In this document: one piece after another, positions 26,884 to 36,599 of the stretch
How positions within the stretch are numbered: the first letter of the stretch is position 1
Layout: the number at the start of each line of letters is the position of its first letter
Assembly: GCA_040880975.1 (NCBI GenBank)
Contig: JBBEEC010000048.1
Coordinates: forward strand, 23,064-87,063
Source: Bacteroidota bacterium
GTDB lineage: Bacteria; Bacteroidota; Ignavibacteria; UBA10030
Direction of reading: 5' to 3'
Length of the DNA: 64,000 nucleotides
Translations under genes and position numbers: made by a program
The notes under the pieces: model-generated
Told to the model about the DNA's origin: nothing
The model's input: only the letters and a program-made list of their open reading frames with translations
Databases searched by the model: none

Positions 26884-28097
26884 TGAGGATCCTTTTTTGC
26901 GTTGATTGTTTCCTTGAAGTATACACCGACCGGGTGCTGGTCAGCCAGAACCTGATCAGGATATGCGAGAACACGTTTTCTGCGTTCGGGATCATTTTTT
27001 GTCAGTTCATCGATCCAGTGAATGCCGTAAAGAACGTGGTTGACCTCGTCAGCTAAGAGGAATTCGACCAGCTGTTTTGACCGAGTGTCTCCGGTTTTGT
27101 TCGCTTTTGCGATCCAATCCCGGAGATGCTTGCAGCTTTCGCTTTCGAACGTCATGTTGGAAAGTGCAAGGCGCTCAAGCGGATCCGGCCGGTTGACGTC
27201 TTGTTCCCATCCGAAAAAGCTCGTGGGATACATCCCGACATGACCGCCCAGTTCTTCCAGCCTTCGCTGAACAATCTCCGCATGCCGGGCCTCGTCCCAT
27301 GCCTGGTGTGCCATGTCCATTTTCATTTGCCAGGGAATTTCAGGGCAATCTGCGAGAATCCGCCCCATTCGCTCGACGGTGATGAATTCGCTGTTCAGAA
27401 GATCGTGGAGGAGATGCAGTTTTCCTTCGTTGGTGTCGAACGACCAGTTCTTCTCGGCAAACTGCTCACTTTCGCCGACAAGGGTCCACCGGGAGTCCCT
27501 CTTCGGTAATGTGCTGTACGAATGAGTTTTTTTGAAGGAGTATGTACCGGCGCTTCCGGTCGTTCCAATTGCAATACTGTCCATCCGTTGTTTCAATTCG
27601 GTTTCCCATCGGCCGATGGTGCCGGCTTCGGCTGCCGGAAGGATCTTCGGAATGATGGTCTCAGCCCAAGCCACCTGATCCTGCTCCTCATCGGCGATAT
27701 GTCGAAGGATGTACGCCGTTGGTTCGTCGGCCGGAAGTTCGATGTTCTCCAGATGCGCCCGCAGCGCCTTGATGACGGCGGGCTTGAGAATCCGATAAAG
27801 CCCGATCATCCGTCTCGCTTCGTCCTCCGCCTTCCAAATGGTTTCAACGATGCGAACATACTCGTCGCCAGGCGAAATGTACTGATGCTGCATCGACCGG
27901 CCCTTGAGTTCCGGGATCCGCTTTCCGATCAGATCTGCATGGACGGCATCTTGATACATATGTCTGCCAAAGGCGACCTTGATCTCGGGATGGACCATGG
28001 TATAAGCCCAGCTTCCCATCAGTTCCATCATTTGGATCTCGGCAAACCGGTATTTTCCCAGGAGCTGAAGATTTTCCTGGACAGTGAATGTTTTCAT
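26880..28097 (-). CDS. ferritin-like (DUF455-type) putative di-iron protein with two helical-bundle halves
   Basis: C-terminal half has WDEARHAEI ... LADEVNHVLYG (E..H pairs typical of di-iron four-helix bundles). The N-terminal half has MELMGSW ... QDAVHADL. Confidence 0.5.
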   Translation of the reverse strand: MKTFTVQENLQLLGKYRFAEIQMMELMGSWAYTMVHPEIKVAFGRHMYQDAVHADLIGKRIPELKGRSMQHQYISPGDEYVRIVETIWKAEDEARRMIGLYRILKPAVIKALRAHLENIELPADEPTAYILRHIADEEQDQVAWAETIIPKILPAAEAGTIGRWETELKQRMDSIAIGTTGSAGTYSFKKTHSYSTLPKRDSRWTLVGESEQFAEKNWSFDTNEGKLHLLHDLLNSEFITVERMGRILADCPEIPWQMKMDMAHQAWDEARHAEIVQRRLEELGGHVGMYPTSFFGWEQDVNRPDPLERLALSNMTFESESCKHLRDWIAKANKTGDTRSKQLVEFLLADEVNHVLYGIHWIDELTKNDPERRKRVLAYPDQVLADQHPVGVYFKETINAKKDPQ

Positions 28098-28118
28098 AGA
28101 AGTGCTCCCCTTGTCTCT

Positions 28119-29240
28119 TTACACCGAAACCCAGGTCCGTTTTTCCACAGCAGCATAGATCGTTTCGAGCAAATGATGCAGCTTTAGCGCATCGTGAAAG
28201 TTTGGCGAGGGCATGCGATCGTTTGCAACACAATCGAGAAAGTGATACTGGGCCGCGACATGCGAGCGCACCCAACCCATGGTGAATTTCGGTGCAGGCA
28301 TGACAGCCGGGGATGGATATTTTTGGACTGTCGTGATCCTTTTGAACCCCTGATTACCCTTTGGATCGGAAGCGTTGAACGCATGAAGTTCATTGGGTTG
28401 CATGAGATTGAATCCAAGAGCCCCCTTTTGCCCATGGACCTCAAACCGCATTTCGTCTTCCGCTCCGGTAGCCACGCGGGAAAACTCTGCAGTGCCAATG
28501 GCGCCATTCTTGAATCGAAGAACCGCGGTGAGAGCATCTTCGACCTCCACCGGTCCCATTTTCGACGGGTCCTCCGGAAGAGGCCGCTCTTTGAAGAACG
28601 TCTGCATTGTTGCAGAGACGCTTTCAACATCCCCGGCAAGGTAGTGCATGATGTCCAGGAGGTGCGGACCGAGATCCACCAGCACGCCGCCGCCGATCAC
28701 GTCTTTCTGCATCCGCCATTCGCGCGGGCGTTTCGGATCAATATAACCTGAGTGCAGATACACCCCGCGAAAATGGAACAGGCGGCCAACGAAATCCAGG
28801 TCGATCAGTTCCCGTGCTTTCATAATGGCCGGAATGAAGCGGTACTCGGCCGTTATCTGATGCTTTATGCCGGCTGCATCCGCGGCCTTGACGATCTCTT
28901 TTGCCTCTGCTTCATTGAAAGCGAGAGGCTTTTCGCAGTAAACGTGCTTTCCGTTCCGAATTGCCTCCAACAGTGCTTCGCGGTGCAGTTTGTTAGGCGT
29001 GCAGACGTTGATAACGTCAATATCTTTGCGTGAAACAAGTTGCCGGAAATCGGTCGTGCTGAACTCAAACCCGGCCTGGTCCACCCCCTTCTTTGCCAGA
29101 GCCTCGTTCGAATCGCAAACTCCTTTTAGAGTGACTTTGCATGGCTGACCGTCATAGTAGAGCGGAATGGACCGGTACGCATATGCGTGGATGCGTCCCA
29201 TTTGGCCGAAGCCGACGATGCCAACGCGAATTTCCTTCAT
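28119..29240 (-). CDS. Gfo/Idh/MocA-family NAD(P)-dependent oxidoreductase
   Basis: N-terminal Rossmann motif VGIVGFGQMGRIHA, and the EKP motif (VYCEKPLA). Confidence 0.85.
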   Translation of the reverse strand: MKEIRVGIVGFGQMGRIHAYAYRSIPLYYDGQPCKVTLKGVCDSNEALAKKGVDQAGFEFSTTDFRQLVSRKDIDVINVCTPNKLHREALLEAIRNGKHVYCEKPLAFNEAEAKEIVKAADAAGIKHQITAEYRFIPAIMKARELIDLDFVGRLFHFRGVYLHSGYIDPKRPREWRMQKDVIGGGVLVDLGPHLLDIMHYLAGDVESVSATMQTFFKERPLPEDPSKMGPVEVEDALTAVLRFKNGAIGTAEFSRVATGAEDEMRFEVHGQKGALGFNLMQPNELHAFNASDPKGNQGFKRITTVQKYPSPAVMPAPKFTMGWVRSHVAAQYHFLDCVANDRMPSPNFHDALKLHHLLETIYAAVEKRTWVSV

Positions 29241-30079
29241 GACCTGTTCCCCTTGCCGATGCGCGTCAGAGCCGATTGGACACTTGCACCTTCATGGACG
29301 ATGGAAGCGAGGGCTCTCAGAATACCGGCAGGGCTTTTGTGCTGCCAGACGTTTCGACCAAACACGATCCCGCTCGCTCCTCCATCCACCGCGTCCTTGA
29401 CCATCTGAAGCATCTCCTTGTCGGAATCCATTTTCGGGCCCCCTCGCACAAGGATCGGGGCTGTCGCCAGCGAAACCATTTGCTCAAACTGCGCGCGTGA
29501 CTCCGGAAAATCGGCTTTGATGAGGTCGGCTCCGATTTCCGACGCCATACGGACAATCAGCTTCATGATCTCGAAATCCCGCACAACGTTGGCCCCTTTT
29601 TGGATCGCCAGGGGTTCAACGATGAAGGGAATTCCATACATTCTTGCTTCTGCGCCGATGGCTGCGAGTGCCTCCAGATTTGCTGCTTCCTGTGCATCGG
29701 TGTCATATCCGGCGAACAAGAAAGTCACAACGGCATCTGCCCCAAGCTGAACCGCATCCCTGACCGACGCCACCTGTGCGTAGTAGCCCTCTTTCGGAGC
29801 GGGCTTTTTGCGCCATATGTTTGTTGCATCCAGGCGAACAACAACTCCTGGCTTGTTCCGGCCGAAGAATTTGTCTATACACGCCCGTGTCGTGCCGGGA
29901 GTCATTTGAATTGCATCCGGATTCCCTGGAAGCAGAGCATCCACGGCCTTGCGGGGATTCTCGACGCCAGGGAGCGGTCCGATGAATAATCCGTGATCAA
30001 TAGCGACAATGATACCTTTGCCCGTTTCCGCATTCAGGATCCGGTTCTGGCGTAGTTGATTTCCTGCGAGATGAGACAT
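29237..30079 (-). CDS. class I aldolase, DeoC/FbaB/LsrF-like (paralog of 18652..19485)
   Basis: IVAIDHG and GADLIKADFPES motifs, colinear with the other aldolase. Confidence 0.75.
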   Translation of the reverse strand: MSHLAGNQLRQNRILNAETGKGIIVAIDHGLFIGPLPGVENPRKAVDALLPGNPDAIQMTPGTTRACIDKFFGRNKPGVVVRLDATNIWRKKPAPKEGYYAQVASVRDAVQLGADAVVTFLFAGYDTDAQEAANLEALAAIGAEARMYGIPFIVEPLAIQKGANVVRDFEIMKLIVRMASEIGADLIKADFPESRAQFEQMVSLATAPILVRGGPKMDSDKEMLQMVKDAVDGGASGIVFGRNVWQHKSPAGILRALASIVHEGASVQSALTRIGKGNRS

Positions 30080-30082
30080 GGA

Positions 30083-32806
30083 TTAACCTTTTGATTTCGG
30101 GTTGTGGGGTGCGAGACGAATTCGCAGCGTAAAGATCTCGAAAGGCTTGAGGAATAGAGGAATTGCGTTCTTCCCGCGGACTTTCAAGGGCTCAATATTC
30201 TTCTCGTTGAGCAAACAGCGATGTGCTTTCAGTACTGGCCGATGAAAGCGCAGTGTCGCACGCCGGCTTTGGCCAACCGGGTTGCAAATTCGAACAATGA
30301 TGCCGTTACCATTCTCTGCTTCCTTCACGGCCGTGACCTGCGCAACTGCCGGATCGATCGACAGGAACGAGTACTCGAGAACCTTCTGATCGTTTTTCCG
30401 ATTAACCGTCACTGCGGGGGCCAAGAACCGATCAGCCTCGCGCAGAATAAGGGGCCAGGAGGACTCAACGTTTCCGGAGTGCGGCAAAAGAGCGTATTCA
30501 AATGTGTGCTCGCCCGGACATTGCGCTTCAGGCGTTTCCGTCCACCATCCTGCCGCCCCGCCGGGACGTGTGATCAGGTCGCGGCCTGACAGTTTGCCGA
30601 CACAGCGCAAGAGTGTCAGGGAGAGTTTTCCTTTTTCACGGACACTCAGCTCGTACTCCGGCAGACCCTTCGCAATAAGCGTCATTCCCTTTTCCCCGTC
30701 GGAGAGTGTCACAAATCTTTGCATGGGAGCAACAAGAGCAGGGTGTTCGTAAGGGAACTGCGATACATCATATTCCCTATGTTCTCGTTTCACAACTGCA
30801 AATGGTGTGTCCGCGAAGGAAACGACGCTTTGAACACCCGTGAACATCGCTGTCCTCAACCGATGGTCCCTGGCTGAATTGTGGACAGTAGTCGTAATAT
30901 CAATCCGCTCCGAATCATGGCCGAGGGAAATTGCCGTCACAAGAGGAACAGCTGTCTTCTCCGATGTGCGGCTTCGTTCATCGGGGGATGCCGAAACGGG
31001 AATCCTCATGGAATAGCGGATCGCAAGCGTTCCTCGAAAAGGTGATTGTTCCTTGATTGTCACCGTCGGCTTGAACTGCGTAGATCGAAAGGTCTCATCG
31101 CGTTGCGGATATGAATAATTGTACTCATCCCCCACATCGCCTGAATCCTCAAATACATTCAATGGCCCGTACACCCGACCGGAGCGCTTATCCTTCAAAA
31201 AGACCTCACCGTTCCTGCGAACCTCAACACGGAGAAACCGGTTCTCCAAATGATCCTTCCCCGTGACCACTCCGAAGGGAACCGGCATTGGCGCTTCATT
31301 TTTTACAACACTATACCCTTTCCAACCCAACGGTGGAATATCCGTTGCTGCGAGGACAATCGAATGCCGATCAACAAGTGTCTGACTCGGATAGTCGTGT
31401 TTGGAGTATGTTATGCCAAACGCTTCTGTACGGCGAATCGTGCTGAATGGAACCTCGTTGCCGCTGTCGTCCAATAATCGAAATCCGGAAATCAAGGGCC
31501 GCTTTGGTGAGACGCTGACCTCCGGATTTAATCCCACCACAATATCCTGGAGATAAAAATCCACATCAGCATCCACGACTTCTGAACGGGCAAATGGATT
31601 CGGATTAAAGACAAACACGAACCGATCGTCTTCCTTTGCACGTTCGTCATACGGAAGGAGTGCGGCAAAGCATTCCTGCATGACGAACGCTCCAATTTGT
31701 TTCGCCTTTTCGTAACGAACGATCATTTCACGGTGAACCTCATCCGTGCTCGTGCCGCAAATCGCGTCATGATCCTGATTTTGAATCACGTACTTCCACG
31801 CCTGTTCGATCTGCGGGGTCTTGCTCCTTGAGCGTTTGGTCATTGCCAGAACGTTCAGAGGCTCCAGGAGCCGCTCCAGAAGAATTTGGCATTCGGCGTT
31901 CATTTGTTTCAAGTACATCCGGCTTGAAAACACGCCCCCCTGCACGGCGTAGGCGTGACGAAATCCGAAGCGGGTTTCCCCTTCCAGTAAGCGCAAAACA
32001 GGGTTTCGCCCCAGGTCTTTTCTCACAGCCGCGATAAAATCCGGAAAATTGCTGTGAATGACGGACGCGTCATAGTGCTTTCGCAAAACACGGACCGCAT
32101 TAGTCACGGCAGCATCAGGCCAATGATGATCTCCGCCGTTAAAGAAGAGCCTTTGTGACGTCGTCGCCCGGGCATCGAGCTCCTTGCGAAGCCTGTCGAA
32201 TTTCTGGACGATGACATCCGGATCGTGCGTGCCAAAATATCCGGCGCTGTAACCATCTTTCGGCATGTGATGCAGCAGCACTTGTGATCCATCAGGACTC
32301 CTCCACCAGTACTCTGAAGGTTCCTGCCCCTGCTCGCCGCCAAATCCCCTGTAGAACATTGCGCTCTCCAGTTCAAAGCCGAGCAAAATCTGGGGCAATT
32401 GTGCGATGTGGCTGAATTGATCCGGAATGTACCCGAGCTTCATCACTCCGCCGAGCCGGCTTCCGAGCCGGAAGCCAAACTGAAGATTCCGAATGTGCGA
32501 TTCGCCGCCAGAAAGGAATTCATCGTTCAGAACATACCAGGGTCCGATGAACAGCTTTCTGCTCCGCACCAACGATCTGATCTTGTCCGCTCTGTCAGGC
32601 CTTATTTCCAGATAATCCATCACCGCTGCCATTTGGCCGTCGAGCGTGTAGGATCGGAATTCCTTGTCTTTTTCAAAAAGCACCAACAACTCTTCGACCA
32701 TATCCACCAACATGGCCCTGAAGCGGTCGAACGGAAAATACCACTCCCGGTCCCAATGAGAGTGCGAAACAATATGGTATGTGGGTTTTTTCCTTTTCAT
32801 TTCCAA
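30083..32806 (-). CDS. glycoside hydrolase family 38 alpha-mannosidase (cytoplasmic type)
   Basis: HIVSHSHWDREWYFPF N-terminal signature and QDHDAICG motif; 907 aa; no signal peptide. The alternative Met3 start gives an ATGA overlap with the upstream kinase gene. Confidence 0.9.
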   Translation of the reverse strand: MEMKRKKPTYHIVSHSHWDREWYFPFDRFRAMLVDMVEELLVLFEKDKEFRSYTLDGQMAAVMDYLEIRPDRADKIRSLVRSRKLFIGPWYVLNDEFLSGGESHIRNLQFGFRLGSRLGGVMKLGYIPDQFSHIAQLPQILLGFELESAMFYRGFGGEQGQEPSEYWWRSPDGSQVLLHHMPKDGYSAGYFGTHDPDVIVQKFDRLRKELDARATTSQRLFFNGGDHHWPDAAVTNAVRVLRKHYDASVIHSNFPDFIAAVRKDLGRNPVLRLLEGETRFGFRHAYAVQGGVFSSRMYLKQMNAECQILLERLLEPLNVLAMTKRSRSKTPQIEQAWKYVIQNQDHDAICGTSTDEVHREMIVRYEKAKQIGAFVMQECFAALLPYDERAKEDDRFVFVFNPNPFARSEVVDADVDFYLQDIVVGLNPEVSVSPKRPLISGFRLLDDSGNEVPFSTIRRTEAFGITYSKHDYPSQTLVDRHSIVLAATDIPPLGWKGYSVVKNEAPMPVPFGVVTGKDHLENRFLRVEVRRNGEVFLKDKRSGRVYGPLNVFEDSGDVGDEYNYSYPQRDETFRSTQFKPTVTIKEQSPFRGTLAIRYSMRIPVSASPDERSRTSEKTAVPLVTAISLGHDSERIDITTTVHNSARDHRLRTAMFTGVQSVVSFADTPFAVVKREHREYDVSQFPYEHPALVAPMQRFVTLSDGEKGMTLIAKGLPEYELSVREKGKLSLTLLRCVGKLSGRDLITRPGGAAGWWTETPEAQCPGEHTFEYALLPHSGNVESSWPLILREADRFLAPAVTVNRKNDQKVLEYSFLSIDPAVAQVTAVKEAENGNGIIVRICNPVGQSRRATLRFHRPVLKAHRCLLNEKNIEPLKVRGKNAIPLFLKPFEIFTLRIRLAPHNPKSKG

Positions 32807-33747
32807 TATGTATGGAACGCCCCGACCGCTGTCGAAGCCCCAAGCATTGTGACGCTGGATGCTGCGACGGCATTCGCCACCCGGGCTGCATCAAAAACGT
32901 CCAGCCCTTTGATCAGTCCCCCCATGAACCCTGCGGCGAACGCATCTCCTGCGCCGGTCGTATCAACAACGTTGCGAACACGCCGTGCTCGAATATATTT
33001 CGCTCCGGAACGGGTGGCGATATAGCATCCCTTCGATCCGAGTTTAACGCCTGCGATCCCGAGCGATCCTGATTCAAAAAGTGTTTTCACGATCGCTTCC
33101 GGCGAGGTTCGGCCGGTCACGAGAACTGCTTCGTCAAAACTTGGGATGAAGCAATCCACTGAAGACACGAGCTTTGCCAAGCCTTCACGGGACAAGCGTG
33201 CCGGCCGCCCGCCAGTGTCGAGAAAAATCTTCGCGCCAGTTGTTTTTCTGATCCTGCGAAACAATGACGACAGCCCCCGCTCCATTTCCGGGACCAACCC
33301 CAGATAGCCGAAGGCGAACCATGACGACTTTCGAATCAGCGGAAGGTGCTTAAGAACATCGGACGCACGAAACTTTGCCATACATCCGCGTGTATGGAGG
33401 AACGTTCGTTCACCGGCCTTGTCGACGGAAACGATGGTCGCCGACGTTTGCGCATTGGGATCCACGGCGATCCCTGTTGTCTTGATGCCGTATTCCTTGT
33501 ACTCCTGGAGCAAAAACCGTCCCAACGTATCGTCTCCGACCCGACTGATCGCTCCGACACGGAATCCGAGCTTGGCGAGATCGATTCCAACGTTCGAGAC
33601 ATTCCCGCCGGATGTTATCCGCAAAGATTCAATGATCCGCAGTCCGCCGGCCTTCGGGGGCCGCCGCAGATCGACGGGCTTTCCGATAATATCAACGACG
33701 GCCAGCCCCGCGACGACGACATCGAGTTCTTTTCGGACGACGGGCAC
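32797..33747 (-). CDS. PfkB/ribokinase-family sugar (acid) kinase
   Basis: GGNVSNVG and C-terminal DTTGAGDAFAAGF motifs. A KdgK-like role is possible but cannot be assigned. Confidence 0.85.
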   Translation of the reverse strand: MPVVRKELDVVVAGLAVVDIIGKPVDLRRPPKAGGLRIIESLRITSGGNVSNVGIDLAKLGFRVGAISRVGDDTLGRFLLQEYKEYGIKTTGIAVDPNAQTSATIVSVDKAGERTFLHTRGCMAKFRASDVLKHLPLIRKSSWFAFGYLGLVPEMERGLSSLFRRIRKTTGAKIFLDTGGRPARLSREGLAKLVSSVDCFIPSFDEAVLVTGRTSPEAIVKTLFESGSLGIAGVKLGSKGCYIATRSGAKYIRARRVRNVVDTTGAGDAFAAGFMGGLIKGLDVFDAARVANAVAASSVTMLGASTAVGAFHTYWK

Positions 33748-33751
33748 GCGA

Positions 33752-35605
33752 TCACTCCGTAACGCGCAACGTTTTGAAATCGAGGACGCGTTTGGAGTTC
33801 TTGTAAGTAATCGTCAGTTTCTGACTGCCAACGTCAGCGTTCAGATAAGGGCCGTCAAAGAGCCTTGTCTTCGTAAGATCGATCTTCTTGCCGTCGAGCG
33901 TACGCCCGTTCGGGAACGAGAATTTCATCGTGTTCCCACCGATGGTCTTATATTCCGCCGACACCGAGCCGGGTTTCAGGGTGGCTTTCGGAATGCGTTT
34001 CGTAAGCTGGGCACGGAATTTGTCAAACGATCCGATCTCCGCCGCCGAACTCACTTCGATCACATATCCGTTCTGAAGTTGATGACTGCGAAGCCTCCAA
34101 TTGCCGGCGAGCGGTGAACCGGACGTCATCTCCGGCCTTCCAATGGAGTTCTTGGCCTGCCCGGGTTTCTCGTACTCTTCGATCCAATCGTATTCCTGAA
34201 GAGGATACCACCCGACATAGGTGTCGCCGGACTTACAAATGATCCATCCGGATTTATCAATTTCCCTTCGCTCCAGATTCATCGGGAAAAATCCGTCAAT
34301 ATGTTCCGTGGTCGTCCCCGGCTCGATATCGTACAGCACGATCAGAGTGTTCTTGTGTTGAAACGTCCGTTCGAATGGCGAACTTCCGGTCCATTTGTCA
34401 GGGTTGTTGTATGTCCCTTTTGATGCAACAACATCGCTGATCATCATCTTCTCATCTTCCGGAAAGAACATGATCAGCTCTAATGCAGACCAATACGGAT
34501 GAAGGCCGAAGATCGTTGTGTAGGGCCTTCCCGTGGTGAACCGAACGCTCCATGTGTGCTGCTGAATGGGCTGAAGTATACCTCCCATTAACGAACTCAG
34601 CCCATAGTCCTTCGTCATGTACGTGTACTTATAGACAGGGGGATTCTTCTCAGTGCCAAGACGGATGATATTGCGAACTCTCTTCCGCTCTTTGTGGACG
34701 TAGCGGGTGGATCGATCCACAGCGATCTTGTAGATAATCTCCGGGAGTTCGTAAGACGAGAGCGTCGACAAAAAGACCCATCCTGACGTCGTGGGAACGC
34801 CGGTTCCAAAATAGATATTGGCGTATGCCGAAGCCTGGGAAAGCAGCGGTTTATACACCGCCGGCTCATAAATCCGGCTGAATCCGCCGATATACTGGCC
34901 TTCCAAATGATCCACGGCAAAATCGGCAAAGACGTAATCAGTCATCATTTGACCGCGGGTACGCATCTCGGGGTCCTGAGCAAACTGACCCAGGAGCATC
35001 ATCGGGATCGCGTACTCAGGGAAATAATCCGGTGAGTCGAACTCCCCTTGTCCGATGGTTGTCGTGGTCTTCATCCAGTCGATAAGGAATCCCTTTGCTT
35101 CGATCCGGTTTTCATCGGAGCTTTTTCCATTGTACCATTCAGAACGGGGCAACCCCGGCCATTGCTCCGCCGCGAGGAACAAGGAACCGTAATACATGAC
35201 CCAATGATTCTCCGTGTCGCCGCGGTACGGGGCATAGGTTTTCCACGCATTGCGGACAACGGCCTTCGTTTTCTCGGACATCACATCTTTTCCGTGAAGA
35301 TAGGCCCCCATCACGGGAAACATCCAGAACATGTCGCCTGCGGGATCCCTCAACACGTACTCAAAGACACTGTCTGCCCATGCGATGTCCCGGTTGCGTG
35401 CGTACCGTGCCGCAACAGTATAGTACGACGCACCTTGTGCAGTGTCATACACGGAGCGAAGGGTCTCAACACGTTGTTTGAATTCCCTCAGATAGGTCGC
35501 GCGATCCGGGATCTGGGCGTGGAGTTGTGCGGACAACACGAGTGCAACAAACGACAATTTCAGAAATCTCATAGTAATCATATTGAGCATATTGGGCACT
35601 TTCAT
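33752..35605 (-). CDS. secreted ~600-aa protein of unrecognised family, paralog 1
   Basis: Signal peptide ending LHAQ. Roughly half the residues match 36600..38378 by eye (YRGDTENHWVMYY, NGKSSDEN, TIGQGEFDSP.YF, KRVRNIIR.G.EKNPP.YKYTY, GGILQPIQQHTW). ATGA overlap with the upstream propeller gene. Confidence 0.7.
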   Translation of the reverse strand: MKVPNMLNMITMRFLKLSFVALVLSAQLHAQIPDRATYLREFKQRVETLRSVYDTAQGASYYTVAARYARNRDIAWADSVFEYVLRDPAGDMFWMFPVMGAYLHGKDVMSEKTKAVVRNAWKTYAPYRGDTENHWVMYYGSLFLAAEQWPGLPRSEWYNGKSSDENRIEAKGFLIDWMKTTTTIGQGEFDSPDYFPEYAIPMMLLGQFAQDPEMRTRGQMMTDYVFADFAVDHLEGQYIGGFSRIYEPAVYKPLLSQASAYANIYFGTGVPTTSGWVFLSTLSSYELPEIIYKIAVDRSTRYVHKERKRVRNIIRLGTEKNPPVYKYTYMTKDYGLSSLMGGILQPIQQHTWSVRFTTGRPYTTIFGLHPYWSALELIMFFPEDEKMMISDVVASKGTYNNPDKWTGSSPFERTFQHKNTLIVLYDIEPGTTTEHIDGFFPMNLERREIDKSGWIICKSGDTYVGWYPLQEYDWIEEYEKPGQAKNSIGRPEMTSGSPLAGNWRLRSHQLQNGYVIEVSSAAEIGSFDKFRAQLTKRIPKATLKPGSVSAEYKTIGGNTMKFSFPNGRTLDGKKIDLTKTRLFDGPYLNADVGSQKLTITYKNSKRVLDFKTLRVTE

Positions 35606-36597
35606 GAAGGTTCAATGACAATTTTTCCCACCTGAGCACCGCGCAAACCCGCCCAACGCCATGTAAGGCCCGAATCCTCCGACCTGTACACGCCGTTCCC
35701 ATAGGTGCCTGCAAACACGCGTTTCGTGTTCGCCGGATCGACGGCCACGGTCCGGATATTCTCTATATCCAGTCCCTTATTGCTTCGTTTCCACGAGTAA
35801 CCTCCGTCGGTCGACCTGTAAACTCCGGTTGCGTATCCGGCGGCATACATGTTCTTTGGCTCGACGGGATCGAAAGCGATCGTAAAGAAAGTCGGATGAT
35901 CGATTCCGGCTTCAACTTTTGTCCAGGTCTTTCCGCCGTTCGAACTCCTGTACAACCCATGGTACTCCGTTCCGACAAAGAGGATCATCGGATCGGTCGG
36001 ATGCTGGCTGATGGTTCGAATGCGGTTGATCGACAATCCCGTCCGCTTCCAGGTTTCCCCTTGATCTGTACTTTTGAAGACTCCGTCCTCCGTCGTACAA
36101 TACAGCACCGAGGAATTCGAATGATCGACAATGACCGACGAAACAAATCCGCGCAGGACCTGCTTCCATGTGTCACATCCATCTGTCGACTTGTAGACGC
36201 CGTAGGCCGTACCGATGTAAACATTCGAGGAATTCTTTGGATCAACCCAGACGTTCCAGACTTCCGTTATTTCCCATCCTGTGGTGATACGCCAGAAGCC
36301 GCCGCCGTCGGTGGTAACATGCAATCCGTTCCCAGAGGCCGTGTATAGCAGGCGCCCCTTGGATCCCTGGAAGACCGCCATTCCATTGGCACGGATATTT
36401 TTGGATCCTGTGTGATGCCAGACCGTGTCTTCGGATGCTTTCTGATAGAACAGGCCGGTGCGTGGATTCGCCGCCCCGACGACAAATAGCTTCGTGGAGA
36501 TGACGCTTGCATAGACCGTGGACTCCTGCGGTTGCGCTGAAAGAGCCGCAACCGCGCAAACGACCAACAATGAAATGAAACCGATGCGAGAGATCAT
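35602..36597 (-). CDS. secreted BNR/Asp-box repeat beta-propeller protein, paralog 1
   Basis: Signal peptide, then repeated S/T-x-D-x-G-x-T/S-W boxes (TTDGGGFW, STDGCDTW, STDQGETW, SSNGGKTW, STDGGYSW, SEDSGLTW). Confidence 0.75.
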   Translation of the reverse strand: MISRIGFISLLVVCAVAALSAQPQESTVYASVISTKLFVVGAANPRTGLFYQKASEDTVWHHTGSKNIRANGMAVFQGSKGRLLYTASGNGLHVTTDGGGFWRITTGWEITEVWNVWVDPKNSSNVYIGTAYGVYKSTDGCDTWKQVLRGFVSSVIVDHSNSSVLYCTTEDGVFKSTDQGETWKRTGLSINRIRTISQHPTDPMILFVGTEYHGLYRSSNGGKTWTKVEAGIDHPTFFTIAFDPVEPKNMYAAGYATGVYRSTDGGYSWKRSNKGLDIENIRTVAVDPANTKRVFAGTYGNGVYRSEDSGLTWRWAGLRGAQVGKIVIEPS

Positions 36598-36599
36598 GC

